Shown: one piece after another, positions 26,719 to 41,979 of the stretch
How the letters are laid out: each line of letters begins with the position of its first letter
Numbering within the stretch: the stretch's first letter is position 1
DNA from: Octopus vulgaris
Taxonomy: Eukaryota
Assembly: GCA_951406725.2 (NCBI GenBank)
Contig: OX597820.1
Coordinates: 27,900,001-27,964,000 of the forward strand
Direction: 5' to 3'
DNA length: 64,000 nucleotides
The notes under the pieces: model-generated
What the model saw: only the letters and a program-made list of their open reading frames with translations
The model's database searches: none
What the model was told of the DNA's origin: nothing
Position numbers and translations under genes: made by a program

Positions 26719-27594
26719 GTAAGGAGATTAAACTGTTTACAGTTGCTTTAAAGTAATATTAGATAGAAATTCTGTTTCTTTACTCTGAATTTTTTTCAAA
26801 ACTTATATTAAACAACGATGCCAATTTTTAGTTGCTGTATTTGGCAAAAGAGAAGTTCTAATTGCCAATACAGACTTTATGAGAGGGCTTAGACTGATGC
26901 CGTAAATGCTCTGTTTATACTTTTAAGCTGTTGCAAGTCAAGACTTACAAGTAAGAAATGAACTGGTAGCTTCCAGAAAGCCCTTATTCTGGCTACGACA
27001 GTTGAATAGAATAAATGCTATAAAAGGTTCGAAAGACTTATGAGACTGAGAGTATGTAAGTGTAGGAACGTAAAATAGACCTTCCATATCATATGATAAT
27101 AATAGTAACGAAGTAAAAAAAAAAACTGAGTGAAGAGACTATCAACTAAAATTATCTCCCAGAGAATATAACAGAAAATTTATATCGACACTTAAAAGCT
27201 GATATGAGCCTAGAATGAATTGGCATTTAACATTACAGAATGCAGTTGATTGTGTTAAACCAGTTGTAGAGTCCTCCACCACTCATATCGAATGTTTTGT
27301 CAAAAGCAATTAACCTTGAAGAAGCAATCCGATGTGATAATAAATCGAAATTACCGTTGGCAGTTAGTTAAAAATCTCTCTTTATGTAAGGAAGCACTTT
27401 ATGGGGCAATTTAAAAAGAAGAACAAGTAAATGAACTTCGGCTCATAAAGAGAAGCGATCATAACATCATGAACAGTAAAACAATCTATGCATAGGAATA
27501 TATGAGTGTACATACGTGCATACACTCTCACACATACAAACTCACCTATATGTATATATATGTCTATATATCCATATATCTATATATCTATATC

Positions 27595-27638
<44 letters not shown>

Positions 27639-27913
27639 TATATATATATACATACATTTCTAAACACGCTAGTATGGAACATTAAGAGTGGGTGATCAAC
27701 GTCGCATTTAGTGGATAAATATTCTTTATTCGTCGACTATAGATTTATATATGTGTGTGTGTTTGTGAGTGGTGCATGTAAGTGTTTCTATGTGTGTATG
27801 TATACATTTATAGGTGTATATATAAACAAACATATAGATACATATATTTATATATATATATATACATTTATATATATATATCTTCAGGTGGATGCATATG
27901 TACACACTTATCT

Positions 27914-27973
<60 letters not shown>

Positions 27974-28335
27974 TATACAATCACATGTATGTATATGTAT
28001 ATGGGTGCACAAATGTATATAATGTTTATCGCTTTTTCAATCAACGCCCAATATTTAGATCAAAAGATACTAATATTTAACTCACATTGCAAACGAAAAC
28101 TCTACTTTATTACGGAAAATCACGTCATCAATAGAGAAATGAGAAGAAAATTGATTATTTGAAAACGATAATAGATAATTGCAAAGTTTCAATATCGATA
28201 AACAGTTCCATTAAAGACTGGATGACGCAAAACGAAATCTCGTTTGCCTTGGTAGACCTTTATACACATTAGTACAGTTAAGAAAACAACACACACCCAC
28301 TCAGAAATATATATACACATACACACACATGCACA

Positions 28336-28398
<63 letters not shown>

Positions 28399-29201
28399 CA
28401 CACACAGTGATACACGCTTATATATATACATTGATACACATAAGCATTAGCACACACACATATACACACAATATATGCATCACATATGTATAAACATATA
28501 TATATATATTTATTTGTTCCAAAGTTTGTATATATTTTCACCTTATGATATATAAATATTATGGGGAGAATTTTTTTTATGTGTGTATATATCTCTATCT
28601 ACTATAAAAATATATACCTATATATGTATATGTATATATGCACAGATGTATGTGTTTATGTATGTATACAATCTAGTACGCATATAGCACAACATAAGCT
28701 CACACATGTGCATATACTGTAACACATACAGATGCATGTAGGCTTGACACATATATAATATCTAACCGTACATACAAAGTGCAGAGCTTCAACTTACAGC
28801 CATACATAAAAATGGGTACTTCATATAGAATAGTGCTATCACTTTCTACTTATCTATCTATTTACCTATCTATCTAGCGCTCTATATTCATTTACCTGTA
28901 CTCTCTATACATCCTTTGTGTGTCTTTTCACCATTTTATCTCTCGCCCTATCTCTCTCACACTCACTCTATTCCTAAACCTGGATTACTATGCATCTGCT
29001 GAAACGTAATATATTTATTATCGCTTTTTGATGATAACTTCTGAAACCATAAACAGTATTCCCTCTGCTGCGCATAGAGTCGCCACAGTTCAAATTATTT
29101 AACTTGGCGTTAATTAGTTATTGACTAATCTCGGAGACATTGCCTTAGGTTCATTACAACGAATTTGTGCACTAACACACACATACAATATATAGTCACA
29201 C

Positions 29202-29249
<48 letters not shown>

Positions 29250-29554
29250 AACTACCTATCTGTCTAACTACCTATAAAATCAATCTATCTATATATTCCT
29301 CTATCTCACTTTCTTCACACACGCGCACGCACGCACACACACGCGCGCGCGCGCACACACACACATAGATATAGATATACGCACACATATACTATATATA
29401 CAGATATAGATATATATGTATGTATATATGGAGTTATGTATGTCTACTACATATATACGATATCTCTGTGTCGAGATAAGTTCCATACTCGAATGAATAT
29501 CACTTGTTATATCCCAGTTTCAATGGCGTATGTGTACCTCAGCTGGACGGGACG

Positions 29555-29614
<60 letters not shown>

Positions 29615-29640
29615 CATATATATGTATATGTATGTATGTG

Positions 29641-29900
29641 TGGAGGCGCGTGGTTTAGTGGTTAGGGTCTCTATGTATCGTGATCGTAAAATTGTAGTTT
29701 TGATTCCTGGACCGGGCGGCGCGTTGTGTTCTTGAGCAAAACACTTTATTTCAAATTGCTCCAGTCCACTCAGCTGGCAAAAATGAGTAACGGTGCGCTG
29801 GACAGGCGTCCCGTCCAGCTGAGGTACACATACGCCATAGAAACTGGGAAACCGGGCCCATGAGCCTGGCTAGGCTTTAAAAGGTCTCATTTATTTTATT
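29641..29900 (+). mobile_element. SINE family C
   Basis: Close match to 11030-11301 including tail GAGCCTGGCTAGGCTTTAAAAGG. Confidence 0.9.
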
Positions 29901-29957
29901 ATTTTGTATGTATGTGAGAGAGAGAGAGAGATAAATAGATAGAGAACGAGAGAGAAT

Positions 29958-30212
29958 GAAAGCGCATGGCTTGGTGGTTAGGGTGCTGTACTCACGATTG
30001 TGAGATCAGGTGTTGCGTTGTGTTCTTGAGCAAAGAACTTCATTTCACTTTGATCTGTGATCCTTTCAACCTCTGACATGTGGCACCCGTTGCAGGTGTA
30101 CAGGTAATGTCGATCTACACCAACATTTGATCATAATAAACAAATCATCTGTGTGGTTGTTCAGTGAGAAATTGTCGAACTCTCATACGTCGTCTAACGA
30201 GGGGAGAGTCCA
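29958..30212 (+). mobile_element. SINE with family C-like head and different body
   Basis: GGCTTGGTGGTTAGGG...GCGTTGTGTTCTTGAGCAAAG, then divergent sequence. Confidence 0.6.
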
Positions 30213-31362
30213 TCATGTGTGTGTGTGTATACGTGTGTGTGTGTATACGTGTGTGTGTGTGTATACGTGTGTGTGTGTATGCGCGTGTGAGTGTGTACTC
30301 AGAATTATGTTTTCTGGAGTATCTTTCACTAACAAGTGATATTCATTCGAGTATGGAACTTATCTCTACACAGAGATATCGTATATATGTAGTAGACATA
30401 CATAACTCCATATATACATCCATATATATCTATATCTATATATATAGTATATGTGTGCGTATATCTATATCTATATATAAATATATATATATATATATAT
30501 ACAGAGAGGGAGAAAGAAAGAGAGAGAGAGACATGCCTATATATGAGTGTGCGTATATGTATATGTGTATTATGTATGCATGTATGTATATATGTAGATA
30601 TGTGTTATATACATCTACTACATATATTCGACATCTCTGTGTGGAAATAGCTTCCATACTCCAACGAATAAAACTTGTTGGTGCAAGAAGCTCTAGAAAA
30701 CACAATTGTGAGTGCACAGCCTGTGGCTGTTCTCATCTCACTAATTTCCGTGCTCACCAACGACCGAACAGGTTGACTACTTGACTGCTGATCTCTTTCT
30801 TTTCTTTTCACTCTTTCTTCTTGATACTTTTGTTCATCCGTTCTTGTTTTGCTCACAGAAATATGAGTTTGTTGCCTTCAAGGAGAGTCATGCTATCGGT
30901 CATCAGCCAGCTATCATTTTCAGCTTCCATATTTTACAATTTTCACGTTATTCTTTCTGTTTTTTCAGTTTTGGCTTCTTTCCAACATCGCATACATCAC
31001 TGTCATTATGGTAGCATTTATTTTTCATTTATTCTCCCGCATTACGCAGAAAAGGAGACATTCAAAATTACCAAGGTTTCACTAAATTTCTGAAATATAA
31101 TACAAATGAAAGCTGCCCTTATACTGTTGCAAATTTTAGAAGGCGATAGTTTTTGGATAATAGCAAAAGAGACAAGGTCTGCAGATAGTAAGATGAGAAG
31201 AGAAGCGATAGTGTAAAGTTTATAATTGAGATATCCAACAGAAGTTAGTATGGCTTTTTCGAGGTTTATCTAAAAGCAGGTAAATGAATTGATAATGTAT
31301 AAGTTCCTATCATTTGAAAACAGCATCTGAAGGTAAATGGTACTACGTATATGCCACAATAT

Positions 31363-31597
31363 AAGGCACCGAGCTGGCAGAATCGTTAGCAGGCCGGGCG
31401 AAATGCTTAGCAGTATTTCGTCTGCCGCTACGTTCTAAGTTCAAATTCCGCCGAGGTCGACTTTGCCTTTCATCCTTTCGGGGTCGATTAAATAAGTACC
31501 AGTTACGCACTGGGGTTGATATAATCGACTTAATCCGTTTGTCTGTCCTTGTTTGTCCTCTCTGTGTTTAGCCCCTTGTGGGTAGTAAAGAAATAGG
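31363..31597 (+). mobile_element. SINE family B with 17-bp TSD
   Basis: TSD TACGTATAT(G/A)CCACAAT at 31344-31360 and 31598-31614. Confidence 0.92.
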
Positions 31598-31941
31598 TAC
31601 GTATATACCACAATCACTCATAACACAAATAAGGTAAGCAGTGTTCTATACCAGATGAGGTGCCTCGAAAGAAAATGTGCTAAATTCTGAAGCTTACGTG
31701 CAAAATACTACCTATTGTATTAACAGACATTTCAGAGAATACAGGAGAGGCTATACTGGAAAGAATGCAGCTTCCATTCTTCATCCCCGCACACAAGATG
31801 AAACATTTGCTTCCGTTGACGTACTTATTGATACATATCACTCTGATACGGAGTATAGACCAATACCTGAATCAGTTTTGAATAGGAGAAAACGAATCAA
31901 GTTGCAGCGAATTAGAGTTCGACTATGAATCATTAAATATA

Positions 31942-31999
<58 letters not shown>

Positions 32000-32208
32000 T
32001 ACATGCATATATATATGTATTTATATATATATATATATATAAATGTATATATCTGTATATATATATATATGTATATGTATACACATATATATATATTTAT
32101 ATGTTTATATATATATAAACATATATTATATATATATATGTGTGTTTGTATATGTGTACATATATATTTATATATATATACATGTGTATCTATATCTAGA
32201 TTTCTATC

Positions 32209-32263
<55 letters not shown>

Positions 32264-32268
<5 letters not shown>

Positions 32269-32416
32269 CGGAACTATGTGGTTGGGAAGCAACCACAAAG
32301 TTCCGAACTCAATCACACTGCCTTGCACCTTGGGCAAGTGACTTATAGTTTGGCCCCGGGCTGACCAAAGCCCTGTGGGTGGATTTGGTGGACAGTAAAC
32401 TGAAAGAAGCCCGTTG
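32264..32416 (+). mobile_element. SINE family A, 5' half
   Basis: CACCTTGGGCAAGTG...GAAAGAAGCCCG. Confidence 0.8.
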
Positions 32417-32479
32417 TATATATCATATATACATGCATATTGATACTGATACATTCGCAATGCTTTACCGCTAAATCTA

Positions 32480-32650
32480 CAAGTTTTTTTCGTTCTCTCT
32501 CTCTTTATTCTCTCTTATTCCTTTCTGTTGAAGAGCGTAGGCACGAAACGTGAAAGACCTTTTCATTTCTACGAGCGTCAAACTAATTCACTTGCTTGTT
32601 GGTCATACACCTGTCTTCTTCTTTTGTTTTTTCTATAAATGTCAACTATA
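32480..32650 (+). mobile_element. Neptune-type PLE pLTR remnant with minimal HHR motif
   Basis: CTGTTGAAGAGCGTAGGCACGAAACGT at 32525-32551; same family as 42860-43045 and 53615-53775. Confidence 0.7.
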
Positions 32651-33349
32651 ATATTTACGTGTGCGTGTATCTGTGTGTGTTTGTGCATGTCCGTGTGTGC
32701 GTGTGTATCTGTCTATGTGTGTCTTATATACATACAAATACATATAGAAACAAATACCTACAAATATACACACACACACACAGGCACACACACACACATA
32801 TGCAAACATATTTACATAAATACGCGTAAGCATGCGCATAAAGTGTTTGCTCTTTCCAATCTTCTCGACGTCCTACATATCTCCCCCGGCACTGTATCTG
32901 GCCTTCGTTCAGTGACCACAAACTATGGATGACCTAGTTAAATAGCTACCCTACCAAGACTGTACTCTACGTCATTTATATTCTACATACATAACATTTC
33001 ATCAGATGGTAATGTTTAAAATGCGACATACTGCCCACGTCAATGTACGCTAGCAGACTATTTATAATAGAAAAGATTTGCATCTTTCCAAGCGATCAAT
33101 TTACCTGTCATTCATACAAGATGTTGCTTTTTGACAGACAGTCTGAATACATCATTATTTACTCGCATATGGTACATATCAATCATGTTTTTCAATAACT
33201 GAAGATGATTCATGTTTAAGCATTTCACTGACTACATAAGATGTATCAGTATGGCTGTTGTATTGTGACAGTTGAAACTTAGTCGCATTTTTGATATCCT
33301 TTCCTGGTCTCTCACTCTTCGACATATTATAACAATTATAATAATGCAC

Positions 33350-33443
<94 letters not shown>

Positions 33444-33447
33444 TAAT

Positions 33448-34013
33448 ATGCCCTGATGCAGTACCAGGCAGTGACTCTCGTGGCTTCTGATCTTAAGCGA
33501 TTGGAAGTGTTATCATGTACATTGTTTTGTCTTGGTATAAAAGATGGGCTACAGCAAATATTCTGCTCAATACCACAGACTTGCTTGTCATTTCTTTGAC
33601 CTTAACCAGTTGAGCATGTCCCTTAGTGGCTGACGATATGTGCATCTCTGATCACGGGCAGAAGTAGTGGGGGAGCATCATAGAGCATCATAGCCGTGTG
33701 TTGAGAGGAATTCTTTGGGGTTTGGATAATTCACCCTTGGAAACATGTGTGTTTCGTTCATCATCCTTAAACAAACCTTATTCAAGGACCTTCTGAGCGG
33801 GGCGGGTTACTCGACCAGACGAAAATTCAAACTGGGCCACACTCGCAAGGTCATGTGCTGGTTATCTTAATATGAGATCAACCTGTCGCGCACATATGGT
33901 TGTGAAGCATGTGCCTGATGTACCCTTATCAGGCAGGTGGTCATGATGGGTATTCTGGGCTTCGTATATTTTACCCCAGTGTCACTTTGATGGCATGTAC
34001 TGCTCTCTCATTC

Positions 34014-34014
<1 letters not shown>
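33448..34014. mobile_element. About 570-bp non-coding interspersed repeat flanked by (TAA)n
   Basis: Partial diverged copies at about 34100-34315 and 35450-35700, all next to (TAA)n. Confidence 0.65.
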
Positions 34015-34075
<61 letters not shown>

Positions 34076-34348
34076 TAATAATTTGTTCCGTTCAACAACC
34101 TTTACTCGGGGAATTTTTGAATGAAATGGGCCATTCAATCCGAAGAAAATTCTAACTGGGTCCCACGTGGAAGGTAGTGTGCCATTTATGTTGATATGAG
34201 ATCGCGCATATATGTTTTTGATGCAGGTGCCTGCTGTACCCTTATCAGACGGGTAGTAATGATGGGTATACTGGGCTTCGTATATTTGGCCTCTGTGTCA
34301 CTGTGATGGCATGTAATCAATACTACTACTAATAATAATCATAATCAA

Positions 34349-34404
<56 letters not shown>

Positions 34405-34414
34405 TAACAATAAC

Positions 34415-34485
<71 letters not shown>

Positions 34486-34519
34486 CAGTAACAATAACAA
34501 TAACAATAATAAAAATAAA

Positions 34520-35395
<876 letters not shown>

Positions 35396-35699
35396 AAGAA
35401 GAAGAAGAAGAAGAAGAAGAAGAAGAAGAAGAAGAATGATAATTGTAACACCGGGCTGTGGCTGTCTGCTGAATACCGTAAATTTGCTTCTCGGTTGCTA
35501 GACCTTAACCAGTTGAGCATCTACGTTAGAGCCTGACGATATCTGCATCTCTCATCGCGTACAGGAGTAGTTGCGATACATCATAACATATGTTGACAGA
35601 AAATCTTTAGGGTTTGTTTATTAATAATAAATCCCCCGATGCAATACAAGCAGTGGCTCTCATGTGTGGATATTGGCCAAATCTATCATGTCTTGATTT

Positions 35700-36420
35700 A
35701 TACTCTTCTGGTGCCAAAACTTTACATCTAGAGGTGCTTCAATCTCATTATTACAAAAATTGGCACTTTGGATTTATTCCATTTTTCATCACATTGGCTT
35801 GATAGTTCCGGGTCGATAACTTTCGATCTTGATCACCTAAGATCAAGCCTTTACCCATAAGCTTCGTAGCCACTAATGTGTGTGCCACTGGTGAACATCA
35901 TCTTGCTTGCTACCGGGCACATATTTTCCATGCAGAGGTTTCTGCCCTCATCAGCTGACCAGTTGTTCAGGTGCCTTTATTTACTATTAATTTCACTTTC
36001 TTTCGAACAAGAGTTGCTATATTTCACTCTGGCTGTTCAGCTTATAATTCATGAAGTCAGTAGCATTCAGAAAAGCATTCAGAAGTCAGTTTTCATTCAG
36101 AAAACAATGAGGCTTCTTCCACCGCTCATGATAATAAATGAGACTTAGCACCCAGTCGTTAGCTGTTTCAATATATTTGGCGAATCCAATTGTAGCGGCT
36201 TCGTAAAAATTTTCCAGCTAGATCAAGCGGCGATCTCCTCGGGTTCTGGGAAGGTAAAGACGACCCACGTCTTCCTTTGGGTTGTAATCCTATTACAATA
36301 TTTCTATCACTTTTCTTTATTTCCCTAATATTCGGTTCAACACGTTGCAGCTATAAGTAACAACCTGAACTGCTAACGAATTTGTGCCTAATAACTTATC
36401 ATGTGCATTTAGCTCAGATT
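35700..36420 (-). mobile_element. Possible highly decayed mariner remnant
   Basis: Weak similarity to the mariner C-terminus (QSANFCNNEIEA) and to the IVTGDE region. Confidence 0.3.
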
Positions 36421-37384
36421 TCACAACCGAGGTGAAAATGAGACGCCTTGGAAAATGCAACAATTAATGTTAATATTGTTTGAGCTTAGTACTCTATTGG
36501 AATGTCATCATTGGAAGACATGCTTTGTCATATTCCTTCCAGATGCCTGTATTCTGAGTTCAAATACACTGTGGACAACTTTTGCTTTCATCTTTCGATG
36601 CGCGATTAAATAAGGCACCGGTCTTTTTCAGGCCTGATGATATCAACTTGAAATTCCAAGCCTTGTAACGATTATAAGTAGAACTAATTGTTGCAAACCT
36701 TGGCAGATGCCCAGCAGTCTTAGGAGGTTTTAGCCGATTATATTGAAGAAATTATTTCACTAGTACGTATTTTATCGAACCCGGAAAAATGAAAATTTGA
36801 TGAAAAACAATGTCTACCACGGCTGATTCCCGCCATAATAAAAAACTTGAGCATTTTCATCTTTCCGCCGCCGATATTGTAAGTACCAGTGAAATACTAG
36901 GGTCGATGTAATTGACTTACCCCTTCCCTTAATATTTCAGTTCTTGTGCCAATAGTAAAAACAATTATTAGTAGTAATAACAATTAGTCAGCGAGCACCA
37001 TTATCGTTGGCTTGTCTGAAAAATGTTTAGCGGCATTTCATCCTGCTCGTTAAGTTCAGAGTTCAAATCCTATCGAGATCAAATCTTTGTTTCATTTTTC
37101 CGGCTTCGATAAAATATGTGCTAGTGAAGTAATTCCTTCAAAGTAATCGACTAAAACTTCCTAAGACTGCTGGCCATCTGCCAAGGTTTGTAACAGTTAG
37201 TTCTACTAATAATCGTTACAAGGCCTGGAATTTTAAGAGAATGGGGGTTAGTTGATATTATCAGGCCCGAAAGAAGACCGGTGCCTTATTTTGTCCGTGT
37301 TCAGAAAGTGAACACGGACGAAAGGTCGCTAAGTATTTCCCGGGTTGCTGACGATTCTGCAAGCTCGTTGCCTTAAATATCTCT

Positions 37385-37760
37385 ACTAATAGTGATTGCA
37401 AATGTTGGCACAAGGCCAGCAATTTGGGGGTAAGGGATAAGTCTGTTACATCGACACCAGTGCTCAACTGGTATTTATTTCATAGACACCGAAAAGATGA
37501 AAGGCAAAGTCAACCGCGGCGGAATTTTAAATTCATAACGTGATGACGAACGAAATACCTATTTCTTTACTACCCACAAGGGGCTAAATACAGAGGGGAC
37601 AAACAAATACAGACAAACGGATTAAGTCGATTATATCGACCGTAGTGCGTAACTGGTACTTAATTTATCGACCCTTGAAGGATGAAAGGCAAAGTCAACC
37701 TCGGCGGAATTTGAACTCAGAACGTAACGGCAGACGAAATACCGCTAAGCATTTCGCTCG
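37385..37760 (-). mobile_element. Tandem SINE B - SINE B' dimer
   Basis: Minus strand: B tail GTAAAGAAATA joined to GGTATTTCGT... of a second unit with a different tail. Confidence 0.8.
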
Positions 37761-38295
37761 GAATGTTACTACTATTTATAATATTAATTTTTCTAGCAAG
37801 GGCAAATGTCCAGAAATGTCGGAAATGAGTTCCGCCGATTATAACGACATTAGTTTACATTCGCAAACCTAAAAATTTTCAGGCAAGGCAGACCAAGGTA
37901 AAATTTGAAATCAAAATACAAGGAGTTGGAAGAAATACCGCCAACATTTTTTCCATCCACATTTTCTAATATTCCTGACAGTAGTCACAATAATCTGTCA
38001 CATTGAAAGATTTCCGCCATAATAAAAACTTGTGTATTATAAAATATTATTGTACATGAAAACTGTTCCGCTAATCTCTCTCTCTCTCTCCCTCTCTCTC
38101 GCTCTCTCTCTCTCTCTCTCAGCGATTGTCTCCTTGAAATGAAATTTCTCCCTCACTTTTATTTCTTAGCAAACCCTATTGTCTTCTCTGCCTCTTACAC
38201 TAAAAACAACCGCAAGATGACAGCAGCGGTCTCACCCGTCAAATTTCAAACACACACACACACGTACACACACACAACACACACACACACGCACG

Positions 38296-38352
<57 letters not shown>

Positions 38353-39013
38353 ATATCGTTTATACAAAGAAATGAAGTATTTAATAACGAAAACGAATCT
38401 ACTTGGAAACATTTCCAACCATTTGCTAAGCTCATTCTTGTCTCTATTATAATGATCAGTTTTGTCTTTAATGAGCTTAAAAGTACACGGTGGTCTTTTA
38501 TTCACTGTTGTTAAATAGAAGTAAGTTTGTTGATATTCGAAAACACCTGCGAATTTCACCATTTGGTATTTACAAATGGAAGACATTACATTTAAAGTAA
38601 CATTGTTGTCTTCATAATACACTTAAAGCTTTCAGGTTTTATATGATTTGTGGAAAGTAATACAGTCATATTTAGGGAGAATAAATGAATATATATTTGT
38701 GTGTATATGTGTGGCAAATGAGTATATGTGTGGCGTGTGTGAGTGTGTGTGTGTGTGTGTGTATTAAGTAAAACAGTTTGGTTCGGTCCTATGCAACTCA
38801 TAGTTTTGCAGGCCTCTAACAGAGGCTCGTTTCTTTCAGGCTTTAAATCACCGATTCGGTGATATATAGAGACAGGTCTCTACTACAGGCGTGTTAAACA
38901 TTATATCGAATAGAAATGGATCAATCTGTTTTAAATAACACATGTAACTTCTACAAAGTGTGTCGGGAGTTCATGTCTTTCGTTTTTCCATTCATTCGGT
39001 TATATATATATAT

Positions 39014-39779
39014 ACAAGCAATATTGCCCGGCTCGTGCGCTCGTGCGTTTTATACACGCGCGAATTAAGCTAAACTTGGATGAAGTTCAATTAAAATTCA
39101 ATTATTTTGGTTTTAAAATCAAGCATTTAATGCCCTCTATTTTTGCGCTTATGTGTTCCATTTCCTCAATAGGAAGTACGTAGAAGCGTTTCATAAATTT
39201 TGTTGATCAAATAATTGCATTGTTGAATTATTCTTTTAGATAAGTATTTCTCAACGGGGATTTCAGGGGAGAGTTTCAGTAAGTTGCTGGCAATGTATCG
39301 TGATGATCAAAAATCCGTCCTGCTAAAATTTGCTTGAAGTAATTCAAACTGCAGACTCAACGCAAAATGGTCACATTTATTTCAAAGCGTTAAAAATGTT
39401 ATGAAAACAATTGGTATGTGTTCACAAAGTCCAAACGATTAATACGAAAAAACCCTCCAGGCTACATCCCGAAAATTCATTTCTTTGCCGAATTTCTACA
39501 ATGTTTACGACGATTCGTTTTTATATCTAGATTTTTTAAATTTTTCATGCAATTTACGCATGCTTGCACACGTGGTGAACACAGTTCACGTCAAACAGCT
39601 GACTGAGTAAAGTTCACTATTCAATGCATGGGATAAGGCCTAAACAAACACATTATTGATTTTTGCTCTTGCGAGATGAATTTCGGAACAGAAATAGCGC
39701 CTAAACTTTAAGTGACCCATTTTTGGTGGTTCTACGATTTGGTCAGGAAACACGTTCCATAGATATAAAGATATAGATA
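39014..39779 (-). mobile_element. Probable non-autonomous Helitron (decayed)
   Basis: Ends resemble 22601-23113: CAAGCAATATTGCCCGG at left, ATAAAGATATAGA-T at right. Confidence 0.5.
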
Positions 39780-40504
39780 TGCGAACGAATTTCAGTCTGG
39801 AGTTTGATGAGCTGCAAAGAATATCGAACCATATAGGAATGAACTGGATGTCAAGATTGTCATAAACTTATTCCATCGGTGGTTTTCAATGATGTTACTA
39901 TAATGTGGCTTGGAAAAGAAGTGGTCTATTATTGCAGTGGTTTTGTCTGTGTGTGTGTGTGTCTGTGTGTGCTGAAGAATGTGGCGGATGGTAGAGATTT
40001 TATCAATATCTTATCTTTTAATGATGGCCTGTTGTGAAAGATAATTGGTTAGTGATAAATAAGCCATTGGTATTGATCATTATTTCAGTTGTGTGGGAGG
40101 AGATTACGTTTAGCAAAGCCAGTGAAAATGCGTGCAGGTCATGAGCATAAAGAGTTTGACCTTTCAGAATCTATTGTTTGATAGGTCGTGAATAATTAAT
40201 TAATGTTCAGTGTGGCAGTTAGCTGTTACCAGTAGTAATGACAGGTGCGTAATGGGATTGACCTTTTAAAATCAGTTCCTGGTATTCTAGAGTAAAAAAA
40301 CACAACAGCTAAATATACATTTTTGCATTACACTGACGTTGAGCAGCTGAAATTTCACGTTATCTATCATCGTATGAGAGGTTCATTTAAATATGTACAT
40401 TTTCTTGCGAGCACATAGAAACTCAAGATATATCGTTAAGTAAGCAAATTTACTTAGTAAGAACGTTTAATTTTATTTTTCGTTTCATTTATATTTTCGT
40501 GTTA

Positions 40505-40570
40505 TGTGTCCCCACATGTGTTTGTATTGTCTCCTTTATGTTGGTCCCTTGTGGGCAATAAAGAAAGGAA
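40505..40570 (+). mobile_element. Isolated 3' tail of the Tx1-like LINE
   Basis: TTTGTATTGTC...CCCTTGTGGGCAATAAAGAAAGG matches 10590-10644. Confidence 0.6.
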
Positions 40571-41979
40571 ATTAACTTAGTAGGAATTAGATTTAGCCAT
40601 CTGAGGATGTATGATAATGTGAACAGATGGTAGACAAAGCAAGACTTTTTCTTTTAATGAATAATCAATGATTAATAGGCCATCTTTGTTATTTAATTAA
40701 TCCGGCATCATTATATATTAAATTAAAAGAACACACATTTTCAGAGCTTACCGGGGATATGCACGTTTAGCGCTGTATATTAAACCAAAGAAAATTGTAT
40801 TTTATATTTATTTTATGTCTAAAAAAACATACATCAATATTTGACTTCAGTCAGTCTCTTGGAGATAATACACCAGATATATTATGAACTACAATTCTAA
40901 GTTATATTTCATATCATCAATTGCAGCTCCTGCATCTCAAAATTACTTGTCATCTTAAACTAAAAATAAATGTCGCGTAACCGAAGACTAAAATTTCAAA
41001 TTAATATTCTGACGATACATGCATAAGACGAAACTCCCACTAAAAGTTTTCACGTTTAAGGAGTAGCAGCAGTTTGAACCTCTTAATGATACACTCCATC
41101 ACAATCCAGAATACATTAAATGCTGATATTTTTTCATACTCGCAAGCTAACCGCTCCATGTTGATCGTGGTATGTTTTGAAACATTATTCTGCGACTTCT
41201 CCGACGAATTGTGAAAACGTTAACTTCCATAAATGAGCCATATAGACATGTTATGATTATACGACTTCATATTACTTCCATTTGCACGTATATTATTTTC
41301 ATTCTTTCTTTTAAATAAATCTACTTCCACTCTGGGATTTGATTTATTACCTTATTAGCAATATCAAAATTACCACTACCGTATCTGTTATCTCGTATTA
41401 CTGTAACAGCAAATCAGTAGCTGATATTGCTATGCACTTAGGAATTTCGATCAGAACAACATGAAACCGATATCGAAACGACTGGGGCATTGGATTGAAA
41501 GAATAATTACAGCGTTGGGCAAAAGGCCTTACGGTATTTATACAGATACTTTAGATTCTGGGTTTATATTTCATCGAGTCGAGTTTTGTCTTTCGGATTA
41601 CAGACTCCCCTAACACTCACCTCCCAAAATCCGACATTGGGTCTGTGACAAACGCTTATTGTACCGTTGCCTTCCAACTCTGTCGTGTCCCAGTTTACGT
41701 CTCTTTCTTTAAATTAATCCATTTATTTAACAAATATTGTTTATAATTATTTTTAAATTATTAGTTGTGAAGTGGATAATGAACATTTGTGGAAACTAAA
41801 AGGTATATGTTTCAAATCCCTTTTCCTACGAGACTTTTGTTTAAATTGCTTAAAGATAATTATGTGTTACTAGGACACCAATGAAAAATATCAGTGAATA
41901 AGATATTTAAGAATTTTTGTAGCAATATATTATTCCGCAGTTATATAATTCATCACCATTATTAATCATATATATATTG

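Noticed and set aside
33780-34014. HDV-like ribozyme in the TAA-flanked repeat
   Set aside because: Could not build the nested double pseudoknot by eye; needs a descriptor search.
41009-41040. CTGACGA...GAAAC as a hammerhead
   Set aside because: No stem II, stem III or cleavage triplet.
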